A stretch of DNA of 64,000 bases from Candidatus Cloacimonadales bacterium (GCA_963665815.1 OY762463.1:2528001-2592000), one strand, 5' to 3'. Shown: positions 9,224 to 19,724, numbered from the stretch's first letter. The notes: generated from the sequence alone by a model not told the origin. Made by a program: numbers and translations.

Positions 9224-11283
9224 TATTGGATTCCTCCTTTTTTAGCGATATCAGTCAGAATTTGAAGTGCATTAGCCCTCATGTGAATGAATTCATCAAT
9301 TCCGGCTTCTTTAAGCATTTCAATCTGATCTTTCGGATAACCTGCCAGTACAAACTGAACACCTTCAACGTTTGCTTTAACTTCTTTGATGAAATCAGGA
9401 GCAAGTTCCGGATAAGTGTCATCTGTAGAGCAGAGAACCATTACTTTAGCACCTGAATTGATTGCATGAAGAGCAACATTCCCGGCACAACAGCATTCTT
9501 TTCCGTAAACAACGTTAAATCCGGCAACTTCAAAGAAACCTCTGGAGAAGTCGGCTCTTGCTTTGTGCTGTCTGAGCGGTCCGAAGTTCGCAAGATAAAC
9601 TGTTGGAGCTTCTTCTTTTTCACTGATTTTGATTCTCAGTTGTTCGAAAGCTTCAGTTGCTCTTACTTTAGCGATTCCTGCAATCTTAACTTCCTCACCT
9701 GCCCATATAGCTTTGGATACTTCTTCAAGAGTAGCACCGTCAGCATAAGCTTTTGCAGTAGATTCGATAAGATCTGCATTATCTATTTTAATTTCCTTTC
9801 CTGAAAGTTTAACTGCTGCGACTCTCTCATTTTTGAGATCTTCGTCTGTATCTGTGGAAAGGAGTTCTTCCGTAAGGTTCGGATACATGTTAGTTCCAAC
9901 AAAAACATCTTTTCTGTGAGCAAGATTCTTTTGTTTGGCAGCCATTACTTCAGCTACTTTCTTTTGTGGAACTTCGTTTTCCAGAGCTTTAATGATTCCG
10001 CCCATTTCTTCGATCTCTGCAATCTTACCAAGTACCAACTCAGAAAGCTGTTCTGTAAGATGTTCAACAAGATAAGAACCACCGGCAGGGTCAATCACAT
10101 GATCAAGATGAGATTCTTCTTTAAGTACGATGTGTACGTTTCTGGCGATTCTTCTTGAGAAGGTTTGAGATGATCTGATTGTTGCATCAAACTCGGAAAC
10201 CTGAAGGGAATCAACAGAGGATACAACACCTGAGAAAGCTTCGGTAGTAACACGGAGCATGTTCACGTAAGGATCGTATACTGTTTTGTTCCATTCAGAT
10301 GTTTTAGCATGAACGAAAAGTTTTTGTGCTTCTGCAGAACCGCCCATTGCATCAATAAGCGTAGACCAGATGATCCTGGCAGTTCTTATTTTTGCAACTT
10401 CCATAAAGAACTGAGCTCCGAGTGAGAAAGAAACTTCCATTGCTGCTGAAACAGTTTCAACATCAAGTCCGCGTTTTTCCATCTCATCCATATATAAAAG
10501 AGCTGTGTTCATTACGTAAGTAAGTTCTTCAACTGCGCTTCCGCCACCGTTATGATAAGGTGTAGAGTCGATAGAGATAACTCTCATCAGAGGCATGTTT
10601 TCCTGAGCCCATTTAATCATCTGAGCCATCTGGTCGAACATGCAGTCCCATGATGCAGGAAGATATCCGTTTTCTACAGCGAATCCTGCAGGATCCATCA
10701 TAATGCATCCGCTGATCTGTTCTGCTTTGTCACCGGCTACTTCTTTAAGCATGGCAAGAGCAGTTGGAGCAGCGATTCCCGCTTTGATTCTGATCGGATA
10801 TTTTGTAATATCGACATTATTGAAGATAGTTTTCATATCTTCGAGTGTGCTTACGGAAACACCGTTTGCAAACAGATCTTCTGATTCCGCAGGATTAAGC
10901 CCTTTGGAAGAAAGATTGTCGAATCGTATATTAATAGCATTGAGACCTTTTTCAAGATCATGACTTAAAATTTCGTTAATTAATTGTGGTGTAGGAGCAC
11001 TTGCTTCCTGAGCAGTCTCCCATGATTTTGAGTGATAACCTGCGGCATTTGTTCCTCTTTTGTAAGGAGCAACTCCGGGCAGAGTATCTTCAATATTATC
11101 TACATCCCACTGGTGGTAGATAGGCTGAAGCTGAAGCCCTTCGTAGGTATTTGTGAGAAGAATCTTATCAAAAGGTTTACCCTTAAGTAACTTCTCCGCA
11201 GCAAGTTTCCAGTCTTCATAAGTCGGTTTTTCAAAGTTCATAGACTTCGCAACGGAAATCCCTTGATCTTTAGTATTATCCAT
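9223..11283 (-). CDS. mutA: Methylmalonyl-CoA mutase, small subunit
   Basis: [24 protein letters not shown] and HKARADF motifs; lacks DxHxxG; its stop overlaps the large-subunit start. Confidence 0.92.
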   Translation of the reverse strand: MDNTKDQGISVAKSMNFEKPTYEDWKLAAEKLLKGKPFDKILLTNTYEGLQLQPIYHQWDVDNIEDTLPGVAPYKRGTNAAGYHSKSWETAQEASAPTPQLINEILSHDLEKGLNAINIRFDNLSSKGLNPAESEDLFANGVSVSTLEDMKTIFNNVDITKYPIRIKAGIAAPTALAMLKEVAGDKAEQISGCIMMDPAGFAVENGYLPASWDCMFDQMAQMIKWAQENMPLMRVISIDSTPYHNGGGSAVEELTYVMNTALLYMDEMEKRGLDVETVSAAMEVSFSLGAQFFMEVAKIRTARIIWSTLIDAMGGSAEAQKLFVHAKTSEWNKTVYDPYVNMLRVTTEAFSGVVSSVDSLQVSEFDATIRSSQTFSRRIARNVHIVLKEESHLDHVIDPAGGSYLVEHLTEQLSELVLGKIAEIEEMGGIIKALENEVPQKKVAEVMAAKQKNLAHRKDVFVGTNMYPNLTEELLSTDTDEDLKNERVAAVKLSGKEIKIDNADLIESTAKAYADGATLEEVSKAIWAGEEVKIAGIAKVRATEAFEQLRIKISEKEEAPTVYLANFGPLRQHKARADFSRGFFEVAGFNVVYGKECCCAGNVALHAINSGAKVMVLCSTDDTYPELAPDFIKEVKANVEGVQFVLAGYPKDQIEMLKEAGIDEFIHMRANALQILTDIAKKGGIQ

Positions 11284-11310
11284 TTTTAATCTCCATGATT
11301 ACTTACTCAG

Positions 11311-11426
11311 ATCTTTGCACAACCGATATGTTAAAACATCAGTGATTCGATGAAACCTTCAGGTTTCAGCAACTCCCATATTTTGATTTAAAACATGAAA
11401 GAAGACCACTTTAAGTGTGCAAAGAC
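11311..11426 (-). promoter_or_regulatory. Candidate structured 5' leader RNA of the mutase operon
   Basis: An 11-bp closing helix encloses several hairpins, between a TTGACA at 11470-11475 and the RBS. Confidence 0.45.
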
Positions 11427-11550
11427 TGCTTACTTTATTTCATTGCAAATATTTATCAGGTGAAAGTCATGTCAATTAAAATCGGTTTTTATGTGGGGGA
11501 GGGGGGGGGAGGTATTGTGCCGGGATTTTGAATGAAGTGAATGGATAATT

Positions 11551-11601
11551 GAGACAACCGTCCGGTTGTCTCTACGCGGTGCGAGCTTTATGCTCGCGTA
11601 G
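11551..11601. repeat. REP-like repeat, copy 6
   Basis: GAGACAACCGTCCGGTTGTCTCTAC followed by a GCGAGC-TTTAT-GCTCGC hairpin. Confidence 0.8.
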
Positions 11602-11627
11602 TTTTGTTTGCATTTAGATAACTGTGA

Positions 11628-12548
11628 TCAACAGAACATATCATTTACACTGAAATAACTCTTCCCTGTCTCAGCCGCATGTCTCCTCTTTCTATATATC
11701 ATATTGGGTAATGTGATCCTATCCTCCAAAATAGCGTACAGATCATTACCATCCACTAGTATTAAAGATCTGTAATTATCAGAATTATCAACAACATTCT
11801 TACTAAATCCATTAAATGAAATAAAAAGACCTAATGTTAACTTATTCTTGTCTTCAATTTTGCCTTGAAATGAAAGCAGGCTAGAACGATTTACAAGCTC
11901 AGTTTGCCATTTAGCTTCTACTAAGTAATCCGAAGAATCAAAAGTAAATGCTCCATCAATTTGCTCACCTTTTATTCTAAATGAATTCTTGTAATCAAGA
12001 TCATAAAAATCAAACAGTTCTTTTAGGAATTTTTCAAACTTGTACCCTCTTATTTGTGAATCATTCTCATTAAAAACTTCATTAAATTCTTTTTTAATTC
12101 CAAGTAACAGTTTTTTCCTTCTTTTCTCTCCTTCAATTCTCTTCTCTTGCTGTTCCTCACGAAAGATGGCTCTCTTCTTCTCAGTTTCTTCATTAAAAAA
12201 CTTTGAGCAGCATTTTCTCACTGCACTTACTGCATTCTTAGCCTTTTCAATTTTCTTCTCTGAATCATCCCATTGCTTTAAATGTGAGTAACCTTTAAAA
12301 TTATTAATTGCCTCAAATAAGGCTAAAATATCATCATTGTACAAATCTTTTCTTTTGAGTAAACGATCTATAAGTTCTACTACACTTTCCCTTTTAGTGC
12401 AATTATCAAAATCAATCGTTGCTATAATAGCAGTATTCTTCATTGTAATTTTCAAAAAATCTTTTAAATTTTTTCTTCTCCAATAAACATGTACTAGTGC
12501 TTCTTTTAATGCAATTATTGCATCGGCAGAAAAATCCTTATTATTCAT
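11628..12548 (-). CDS. Mrr-like PD-(D/E)xK restriction endonuclease with N-terminal helical domain
   Basis: RGYKFE...EQIDGAF...YLVEAKW...GLFISFNGFS motifs. Confidence 0.85.
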   Translation of the reverse strand: MNNKDFSADAIIALKEALVHVYWRRKNLKDFLKITMKNTAIIATIDFDNCTKRESVVELIDRLLKRKDLYNDDILALFEAINNFKGYSHLKQWDDSEKKIEKAKNAVSAVRKCCSKFFNEETEKKRAIFREEQQEKRIEGEKRRKKLLLGIKKEFNEVFNENDSQIRGYKFEKFLKELFDFYDLDYKNSFRIKGEQIDGAFTFDSSDYLVEAKWQTELVNRSSLLSFQGKIEDKNKLTLGLFISFNGFSKNVVDNSDNYRSLILVDGNDLYAILEDRITLPNMIYRKRRHAAETGKSYFSVNDMFC

Positions 12549-13618
12549 AAATCCTCCCCCATCTCAAACTTTCGTCTTAGCTCATTATGCTCATAGGGTT
12601 TCAGGTATTTGTCATGCTGCAGGCGTCCGACAACTATTCCCGGATCAATATCAATTTCCTCAGCAAATTTGAGAATGTTCTCCGCAGTTAAATCCGTTAT
12701 GGCAATCCAGTAATTGTATTTATCACTTGGGATCAAGACTCCGGAAGCAAATTCGTTTGCCTGTGTTTCTTTCTCATTGCTTATCTGGTCATCATCAATA
12801 AGGATTTCCTTTCTGCTGTGCTCAAACAGTATATGCCCTATTTCATGAAATGAAGTAAACCAGAATACGTCGGCGTACTTCCCTTTTAAGCTGACCTGCA
12901 GCAAAACCTTTTCCCTGTTAATCCACTTTGTGGCTCCATTAACATGTGTATGCTTCAAATGTGGTACTAAAGCCATAGCAACACCGCATTCAGCAAGTAA
13001 AGCCTGCATTTCATCAACAAAACTATCCGGCTCCCTCTTAGTGAACGACCGTAGAACCGGTAATGCCCTTTTCAGTTTGGATTTACTGTACTGTTTTACA
13101 ACAATATCCTGGGCAATCAGTTCACCTTTCCTGAGCCAGACTGCCAATGCGTAGTCAGAAGCTTCAAAAGCTGTAGATTTACGGAAATTTGCTGCCACCC
13201 TTGGTATTATAGACAAATCGGCAACTCTGAAGTACTCTTTCAGGTTCTGTACTTTCTCTTCTATCTTTCTTGTAGGTTCAACCCAACCCAAACTCGCAAT
13301 CTGGCTGTATTCGATCTTCTTAGCTATTTCTTTTTCTTCTTCGCCGATTTCCAGTAATTTCATCTGAGCAATAGCGTTCTGATATCTCATTTCCAACTTC
13401 AACCAGAATTCGGACGGTATTCCGAGAACACTTTGCAGTTTTATGGCGGTATCTGGTAAGAGCGGAGCTTTGCCGTTAATAATCTGGTTCACATGTTTAT
13501 CAGACATATCCAGCCTTATTGCCAGATCTTTCTGTTTCATCCCGATAATCTCGAGTTGTTCTTTCAGGGTTTCTCCCGGAGGAACAGGGATTGGTGCTAA
13601 TCTTAATTTATCAGCCAT
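12545..13618 (-). CDS. higA: HigA-family antitoxin: XRE HTH fused to an ImmA/IrrE (DUF955) metallopeptidase
   Basis: PPGETLKE...QKDLA HTH; FWFTSFHEIGH (HExxH); ETQANEFA. Confidence 0.88.
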   Translation of the reverse strand: MADKLRLAPIPVPPGETLKEQLEIIGMKQKDLAIRLDMSDKHVNQIINGKAPLLPDTAIKLQSVLGIPSEFWLKLEMRYQNAIAQMKLLEIGEEEKEIAKKIEYSQIASLGWVEPTRKIEEKVQNLKEYFRVADLSIIPRVAANFRKSTAFEASDYALAVWLRKGELIAQDIVVKQYSKSKLKRALPVLRSFTKREPDSFVDEMQALLAECGVAMALVPHLKHTHVNGATKWINREKVLLQVSLKGKYADVFWFTSFHEIGHILFEHSRKEILIDDDQISNEKETQANEFASGVLIPSDKYNYWIAITDLTAENILKFAEEIDIDPGIVVGRLQHDKYLKPYEHNELRRKFEMGEDL

Positions 13619-13931
13619 GGTAATCTCCCGTTTCTAAAACGTTAACGATTTCTACTTGTTCGATTCTTTCATTATTATCACTATAAACCGGTTCTATAAT
13701 CATTCTCTGTGGATGGTGTAAATCCAGAGCATATTTACCTTTTAAGTTCCCGGTTAAAGCGTGGCATCTGCCAATTTTGTATTTCACCATAATACCAAAA
13801 TTCGGAGCATCTTCTAACTCACCAAGTCTCTGAATAATCTTTATTGCATTTTCATATCCATACAGTTTGGTTAGCTTTGCTGAATTATCAACAGCTTTCC
13901 TTAATTTCCTGTCTAAAATTTCAACTTTCAA
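13611..13931 (-). CDS. higB: HigB/RelE-like toxin (killer-suppression family)
   Basis: CHALTGNLKGKYALDLHHPQRMI...DYHG; TTG start at 13931 after AGGAG (the ORF-track start is further upstream); overlaps higA. Confidence 0.85.
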   Translation of the reverse strand: MKVEILDRKLRKAVDNSAKLTKLYGYENAIKIIQRLGELEDAPNFGIMVKYKIGRCHALTGNLKGKYALDLHHPQRMIIEPVYSDNNERIEQVEIVNVLETGDYHG

Positions 13932-13981
13932 AGTGAACTCCTGAAGACAAATTAATTTTCCTACACGAAATGTCAATAAAA

Positions 13982-14000
13982 CTTTACCTGACAGGTAAAG
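13982..14000. promoter_or_regulatory. Palindromic operator next to the higBA promoter
   Basis: CTTTACCTG-A-CAGGTAAAG perfect 9-bp inverted repeat, 5 bp from a minus-strand TTGACA (13971-13976). Confidence 0.65.
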
Positions 14001-14003
14001 ATT

Positions 14004-15356
14004 TTATAATATTCTAATCTCCAAACACTGACTCAATCCACGATAATGCACAAAAATTTGCAGGTTATCAGAAACTATAGATAATTTCAGTATCTTGAAA
14101 TTACTTTCCTCTAAGTATTTCTGTCCATCCATTTCATGTCTTTCAACAATCTCATTACCACTGTAGACTATTATATTATCCCAGACAGATAATTTATAGA
14201 ATGACTCGTAGTGGAAAATAAATGAATCTTCCTGTTCTTCTAAGCTAAGATCAGATATAATCACATCGTTACAATTATGTGCAGAAACCTGGAATATCAA
14301 TATTATGTTTTGCTCCCAGTCTTTAAGCAGATTTTCAGCATTAACGCCAAAATAAAGCTCAATATATTGCACAAAAGAGTTGCCATGTTCGTAATCATTA
14401 GATTGACTATATAAATTATTAACTTTTTCATATCCGAACTTATCGATCAAATATGATATGAATGAAACAAGACAATTATACAATATCAGTTTCTTCTTAG
14501 TGGGTACTAATCTTACTTCGAACTCATTCAGGATTTTATCACTGCTCAGCAAATTTGAATTAAATAAATGAAAAGCCAGCATATTGGATTGTTGAGTTAC
14601 TTCTTCAAGTTTCCTTGCAAACTCCCATCCCTTGAAATCTGCATAAGCTTCATTAAAGAAACGCCAGATATTCTTGTCCTTCACAGATAAATTTATACCC
14701 CACTTGTAGTAATGATTTTGATATAAATGAGTGTATTCATGCAACAAGGTTTGAATAAACATCTCTCTGTCGAACTCTTCATCACTATAAATGCCTGTAT
14801 TAATTATTATTTCCTTAATAAACGGACTTGCTGTAGCTATTCGTCCGCCATCCAGAATTGTTACAAATACCTTTGCAAATCTGTGATCCGTATATTTTTT
14901 TTTAATGAATTCAAGAACTTCATCAAAATCTTTCAAGAAGTAATCGATTTTGCTTTGTATGTTAGCATCATATCTGATACACATAAAGTCATTTACATAT
15001 GATTTTATATCAGCTTTAGCAATTCCTTCGATAACTTCTTTTTTACTGACTAAGAATTCCGATTTCAATTCAGATAGTACTTTTTTTGCATTATCTATAT
15101 CGAAAATGTGAACATAAGAGTAAAATAATGCAACCAATTCAATGTTTGATAAAATATCATAGTTATCATTACATATTTCAATGAAAGAAGATATCGTTTC
15201 CGGATATCTCGCTAACAAAACAAGTAAATGATTATTAATGAAAAAATTTCTTTCACTTTCCAAAACACCGGAAATCAGATGTAATATTGATTCGTAATTA
15301 CTTTTTTCATCACTACACAATTCTTTATACTCTTTTAGAAATGAATTTTTATCCAC
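14004..15356 (-). CDS. Putative gluzincin-type metallopeptidase
   Basis: LLHEYTH followed by FFNEAYA third-ligand motif; SFISYLIDKFGYEK as in peptidase MA-like proteins. Confidence 0.65.
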   Translation of the reverse strand: MDKNSFLKEYKELCSDEKSNYESILHLISGVLESERNFFINNHLLVLLARYPETISSFIEICNDNYDILSNIELVALFYSYVHIFDIDNAKKVLSELKSEFLVSKKEVIEGIAKADIKSYVNDFMCIRYDANIQSKIDYFLKDFDEVLEFIKKKYTDHRFAKVFVTILDGGRIATASPFIKEIIINTGIYSDEEFDREMFIQTLLHEYTHLYQNHYYKWGINLSVKDKNIWRFFNEAYADFKGWEFARKLEEVTQQSNMLAFHLFNSNLLSSDKILNEFEVRLVPTKKKLILYNCLVSFISYLIDKFGYEKVNNLYSQSNDYEHGNSFVQYIELYFGVNAENLLKDWEQNIILIFQVSAHNCNDVIISDLSLEEQEDSFIFHYESFYKLSVWDNIIVYSGNEIVERHEMDGQKYLEESNFKILKLSIVSDNLQIFVHYRGLSQCLEIRIL

Positions 15357-15414
15357 AAAATCTCCATAAGATAATTAACATTAACAAGCTCTTTTCAATA
15401 CTCCGTAATACTTA

Positions 15415-16404
15415 TTACTCCTGAATCACAAACTTATATATCATCCCGGAGAACACATCCTGAAGATAGATATTACTACCTGATTTAGCAAACGAGAACT
15501 CCTTTCCCAGAATACTTATTGGGAACTTGTATGTGTTAAGTACTTTACCTTCAATTGAGTATTCAACGAGGTACGTTTTCAAGCCGCCTTCTTCAGCAAG
15601 AAGATTACTTGAAATTTCCTCTTCTCTACCATCCTCTATCATTTTTGTAATAGTTTTTGATAGATCCTTATCCAGAGAATACTGTACAATATACAAGCGG
15701 TTATCATCTATAACAAAACATGAAATAAAAACATAATCACCAATAAAAGATGGGGTTTCAAAGAACATATTGCTGTTAACTTCCAGAATCTTATCCTTTA
15801 AATGCAGAAAACTGATAATTGTTTTGTCATCAATTTTTGCTACTGCAAATCGTTTATTAGATTCCTTTGGAAGTTCCAGTCTAAATATTAAATCAGTAAT
15901 GGATAAATCAATAACAGGATTATCTTCTACCAGTTTATAAAGGTTTATCTCCGGTTTTCCGGCAAGGTCTGAGTAATACAAATTACCATTAAAGTTATAT
16001 ACTTCTGCAGGATGCTGCAGCTTAACTGATTTAATGTATTGACCGTCTTGCCTTAACCACTGTATTCTTGAATTAAACAAATCAGCAATTACAATATTAC
16101 CATCATTATCGAAAGTGAAACTCAGAGGATAGTTAAATTCACCCGGTGCTTTTCCTGGTTTTCCGAATGATTTTTCGAATTTCAGTGTTTCTTCATCGAA
16201 GATGCTCATTTTACTGCTTGTAGCATCCAGAATAAAAAGTTTTGAATCTCTACAGTTGATTGAACAGTCCTGACTGAAGTAATATTCCTCACTATCCTGC
16301 CAACCAAGAGAATCTGCAAGCCTAAGTGTAGAAGTTCGATTAGCCGTTTTATTACAGGAAAATAAAACAAATATAAAAGAAAAAAGAACAAACACTCTCT
16401 TCAT
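15415..16404 (-). CDS. 6-bladed beta-propeller (NHL-like) lipoprotein
   Basis: Lipobox LFSC; FGKPGKAPGEFNYP; IADLFNSRIQ. Confidence 0.85.
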   Translation of the reverse strand: MKRVFVLFSFIFVLFSCNKTANRTSTLRLADSLGWQDSEEYYFSQDCSINCRDSKLFILDATSSKMSIFDEETLKFEKSFGKPGKAPGEFNYPLSFTFDNDGNIVIADLFNSRIQWLRQDGQYIKSVKLQHPAEVYNFNGNLYYSDLAGKPEINLYKLVEDNPVIDLSITDLIFRLELPKESNKRFAVAKIDDKTIISFLHLKDKILEVNSNMFFETPSFIGDYVFISCFVIDDNRLYIVQYSLDKDLSKTITKMIEDGREEEISSNLLAEEGGLKTYLVEYSIEGKVLNTYKFPISILGKEFSFAKSGSNIYLQDVFSGMIYKFVIQE

Positions 16405-16584
16405 TAAATACTCCTTGAGAGTTTGGAATGATAACAAAATTAATCAGCTTTGTTAAAAGTCTCTCTTTCAAATTATCAGCATTAACAATATTTATAAATT
16501 CATTGTCAATAAATATCAGATGATTCCCTTGACAAAAGTACTAATCAAAGAAAGCTTTTGTTGAAAATAGTTTATGGAGGATTG

Positions 16585-17577
16585 ATGAGGTGTGATCAAT
16601 TAATTGCTATAACAATAACACTAATGGGTTTTATTATTATCTCAGGTTGTACTGGTACCGAGGAAAAAATCGGATCGATGACAGTTATTGATTCACTTGA
16701 TATTTCTGATGATATTGATCATAGTTTGAGTTTCTGCTCAGCCATTAATGTATATAAGGATGAACTATTCATTACAGATCAAGACAAATTCAATGTATAT
16801 GATTTAAATGATTTCTCTTTTAAACGATCTTTTGGTAAAAAAGGCAGATCTCCGGGTGAATATTTAGGAGCAAGTGATTTTCTTATTGAGAACGATACAA
16901 TCTATGTTTGCGATATGGTGAACAGCAGGCTTCAGCTATTAGATATAACCGGTAATTATATTAAATCAGTGAAGTCTCAATTTCCGCAAATGATTGAGAA
17001 ATGGAACGATGATATCTATGTTTTAAGTTTCAACAGGATGCCAACTTATACAATGTGGAAATATAAAAATGGTATTTTGGGAGAAGAGCTTAAACTGGGT
17101 GAACTTAGAGAAAAAAGCGGCTTTACTCTTAATAATGTTGAAGAAATGGAAACAAATTGCATATTGTTTAACAATGACCTGTTATTCATTCGCTATTTTT
17201 TCCCTGATAAGTTTCACATCCTGAATGATAAGGGTATGTTTGAAGAACATCAATTAACGAAGACTTTGGCTAATCTAAAATTAAATAGTATGTCAACTGC
17301 AACAGTGCAGAATAACAAGCTGTATGTCGTCGCAACTCATGTAAGAGAAGAGTTAATTAATAAAGATGTTGAGTATACTTCTTCCAGACAGTTTAAAACA
17401 GCGGGAATATCTACAGAGTATCTGCTGATTTTTAATGATAAATATGAAATGGAAAGAAGATATGAGTTTCCGGTAAACTCTTTCACCTACTACAATACTT
17501 TAGTAATATATGATGATTATATCATGGTTTTTGATGCAGGGAGTGATGTTATATACAGATACAGGCTGGAGATATAA
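16585..17577 (+). CDS. 6-bladed beta-propeller (NHL-like) lipoprotein
   Basis: Lipobox ISGC; FGKKGRSPGEY; VCDMVNSRLQ. Confidence 0.85.
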   Translation: MRCDQLIAITITLMGFIIISGCTGTEEKIGSMTVIDSLDISDDIDHSLSFCSAINVYKDELFITDQDKFNVYDLNDFSFKRSFGKKGRSPGEYLGASDFLIENDTIYVCDMVNSRLQLLDITGNYIKSVKSQFPQMIEKWNDDIYVLSFNRMPTYTMWKYKNGILGEELKLGELREKSGFTLNNVEEMETNCILFNNDLLFIRYFFPDKFHILNDKGMFEEHQLTKTLANLKLNSMSTATVQNNKLYVVATHVREELINKDVEYTSSRQFKTAGISTEYLLIFNDKYEMERRYEFPVNSFTYYNTLVIYDDYIMVFDAGSDVIYRYRLEI

Positions 17578-17578
17578 A

Positions 17579-18559
17579 ATGAAAAGTGTCATATATTTTC
17601 TACTTCCTGTACTGGTTTTAGTTTCAGCCTGTACTAAACAGGATAATCAAGTTCTTTCAATGACTTTTGTGGATTCTGTCAATGTGGCAGATGATATCAC
17701 GGAATATATGAAATACTGTACAACATTGAAAGTATATGGTAATGAACTGTTTGCTACAGAGTACAGCAAGATAAATGTTTTCGACCTTGAGGATTTATCC
17801 TATAAAAGAACTATTGGAAGAGAAGGAAGTGCTCCAGGGGAATTCAGGCTTGCAGCAGATATTGTTGTGTTTAATGACACACTATATGCGGCAGATTATG
17901 GAAACAGCAGGATTCAGCTTTTCACTGTTGAAGGTGAATATATAAAGTCGGTTAAAAGTCGTAATCCATACTTAATAGATGTTTATGATAACAAAATATA
18001 TGTTTCAAACTTCCACAGACAACCGGATTTTACCCTTTGGAAATATGAAAACGGACAGTTTTTCGAGCATTACAAAATAGGTGAGTTGATACGTCAAGAC
18101 CTGATAAAACAGGAAACGTTAGATGAACTGGAGAATCAGTTTGTCCTTTTTAATGGAGAGTTGATTTTCATTCGTCCTAATCTTAAAGAAAAGTTTTACA
18201 GGTTGAACTCACATAATAAATTCGAATATATGGAACTGAATGATAAACTTCTTGAACGCAATATTGATGTGATGTCAAATTCAATTGTGCATGATGGAAA
18301 ACTTTGTATAGTTGCCACCTACAGAAAGGAACATCTTTATGATAAGAATGTTAAGTATGAGACATCCCGTCAGTACAAAGAAGCCGGCATTGCTGAAGAA
18401 TATCTATTTATCATCAATAAGGATTTTGAAATTGAGAAGCAGTATTTATTTCCTGTGAACTCTTTTGCTTATACAGAAACTTTGGTCTTATGGAATAACT
18501 ATGTGATAGTCTTTGATGCCCATAACAGTACAATCTACAAATATAAACTGGAAGGATAA
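17579..18559 (+). CDS. 6-bladed beta-propeller (NHL-like) lipoprotein
   Basis: Lipobox VSAC; IGREGSAPGEF; ADYGNSRIQ; close paralog of the preceding gene. Confidence 0.85.
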   Translation: MKSVIYFLLPVLVLVSACTKQDNQVLSMTFVDSVNVADDITEYMKYCTTLKVYGNELFATEYSKINVFDLEDLSYKRTIGREGSAPGEFRLAADIVVFNDTLYAADYGNSRIQLFTVEGEYIKSVKSRNPYLIDVYDNKIYVSNFHRQPDFTLWKYENGQFFEHYKIGELIRQDLIKQETLDELENQFVLFNGELIFIRPNLKEKFYRLNSHNKFEYMELNDKLLERNIDVMSNSIVHDGKLCIVATYRKEHLYDKNVKYETSRQYKEAGIAEEYLFIINKDFEIEKQYLFPVNSFAYTETLVLWNNYVIVFDAHNSTIYKYKLEG

Positions 18560-18561
18560 AA

Positions 18562-19539
18562 ATGAAGTTCTATACACTTATAGCGGCACTTATGGCTATT
18601 CTTCTATTTGGCTGTAGTGAGAGTCAGGAGGCGAAATCTGGCAAACTGTCTATCATAGACTCGTTGGGCTGGCAGGACTCAGATGAATATGCTTTTAGTG
18701 AATCAACTGTCAGCAGAATCAGGGATCGAGAATTGTTTGTTCTGGATACGGACACATCAATATTTCATGTGTACGAAACAGGATCTCTGCAGTTTAAAAG
18801 AACATTTGGTGGATCAGGCAGAGCTCCTGGGGAATTCATGTTCCCTAATTCTTTCACTTTTGACAGAGAGGGGAATATTGTTGTTGCAGATTTTGCAAAC
18901 TCAAGACTTCAATGGATTACTCAGGAAGGAGATTTTGTCAAAGCGATAAATTTTCATCCACTTGGAAAGGTATATAATTTTAACGATACGATCTTCGCAT
19001 CAACAGCTCATTTTGCACCGGATTATAAGCTGGTAAAAATTAACGGAACGGCAATAGATTCAGTTAGCAGTCTGGATGAAGTGTGCAGAAAAATGGATTT
19101 GCATGATGAAGGAAAACATCTTGAGATTGTTCGAATGGGGAACAGAATGGCAGCTTTTCCTGTGAACTCCGTAGGTGAGTTGTATTTGTATAATGGTTCC
19201 AGAATAGTTAACACGATTTCAGGTAACGAGTCAGTTGAAAAAGAGTATTCAAAGTCTTCCAATGCAGTTATTGATGAGAAAGGATTTTGGATTGTTGAAA
19301 GAACTTTCAGTGAAAAACCAAAATCAAGCGATAAGTTAAAGACAATAACCAGGATGAAAGATGTATATAATATAAGAGAATATTTGCGATTGTATTCATT
19401 TGATGGGATACTGTTAGAGCAATATAAGCTACCTGACAGAATGATGACTCTTCAGGGAGAAACTCTGGCAATGAGTGATTCTATGATATTTGTTACTAAT
19501 TATGACGGAATTATCTACAAACTGAAAATGGAGGATTGA
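18562..19539 (+). CDS. 6-bladed beta-propeller (NHL-like) lipoprotein
   Basis: Lipobox LFGC; FGGSGRAPGEFMFP; VADFANSRLQ. Confidence 0.85.
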   Translation: MKFYTLIAALMAILLFGCSESQEAKSGKLSIIDSLGWQDSDEYAFSESTVSRIRDRELFVLDTDTSIFHVYETGSLQFKRTFGGSGRAPGEFMFPNSFTFDREGNIVVADFANSRLQWITQEGDFVKAINFHPLGKVYNFNDTIFASTAHFAPDYKLVKINGTAIDSVSSLDEVCRKMDLHDEGKHLEIVRMGNRMAAFPVNSVGELYLYNGSRIVNTISGNESVEKEYSKSSNAVIDEKGFWIVERTFSEKPKSSDKLKTITRMKDVYNIREYLRLYSFDGILLEQYKLPDRMMTLQGETLAMSDSMIFVTNYDGIIYKLKMED

Positions 19540-19724
19540 TTGTGAGGAAATTTCTTATTGTTGTTGTAATCTGATTTGATCCATAAATATGTCAATATTT
19601 TGCATTCAACAGTTAATGTGGAGAGTTATTTTCTTTGTTACTAAGATAGCATCTGGAACCTTTTACAACTTGACATCATTCAAATAGTATTTTTAGTTGC
19701 AGTATGTCATACAGGAGATGTGGA

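Noticed and set aside
11311-11426. Canonical cobalamin riboswitch
   Set aside because: B12-box and other conserved cobalamin motifs are not visible; kept only as an unassigned structured leader.
794-11601. Integron cassette array or CRISPR suggested by recurring same-orientation palindromes
   Set aside because: Spacing is irregular and kb-scale, the repeats also flank housekeeping genes (hslO, mutase), there are no attC R-box pairs at gene ends, and no intI or cas gene is present. REP-like elements fit better.
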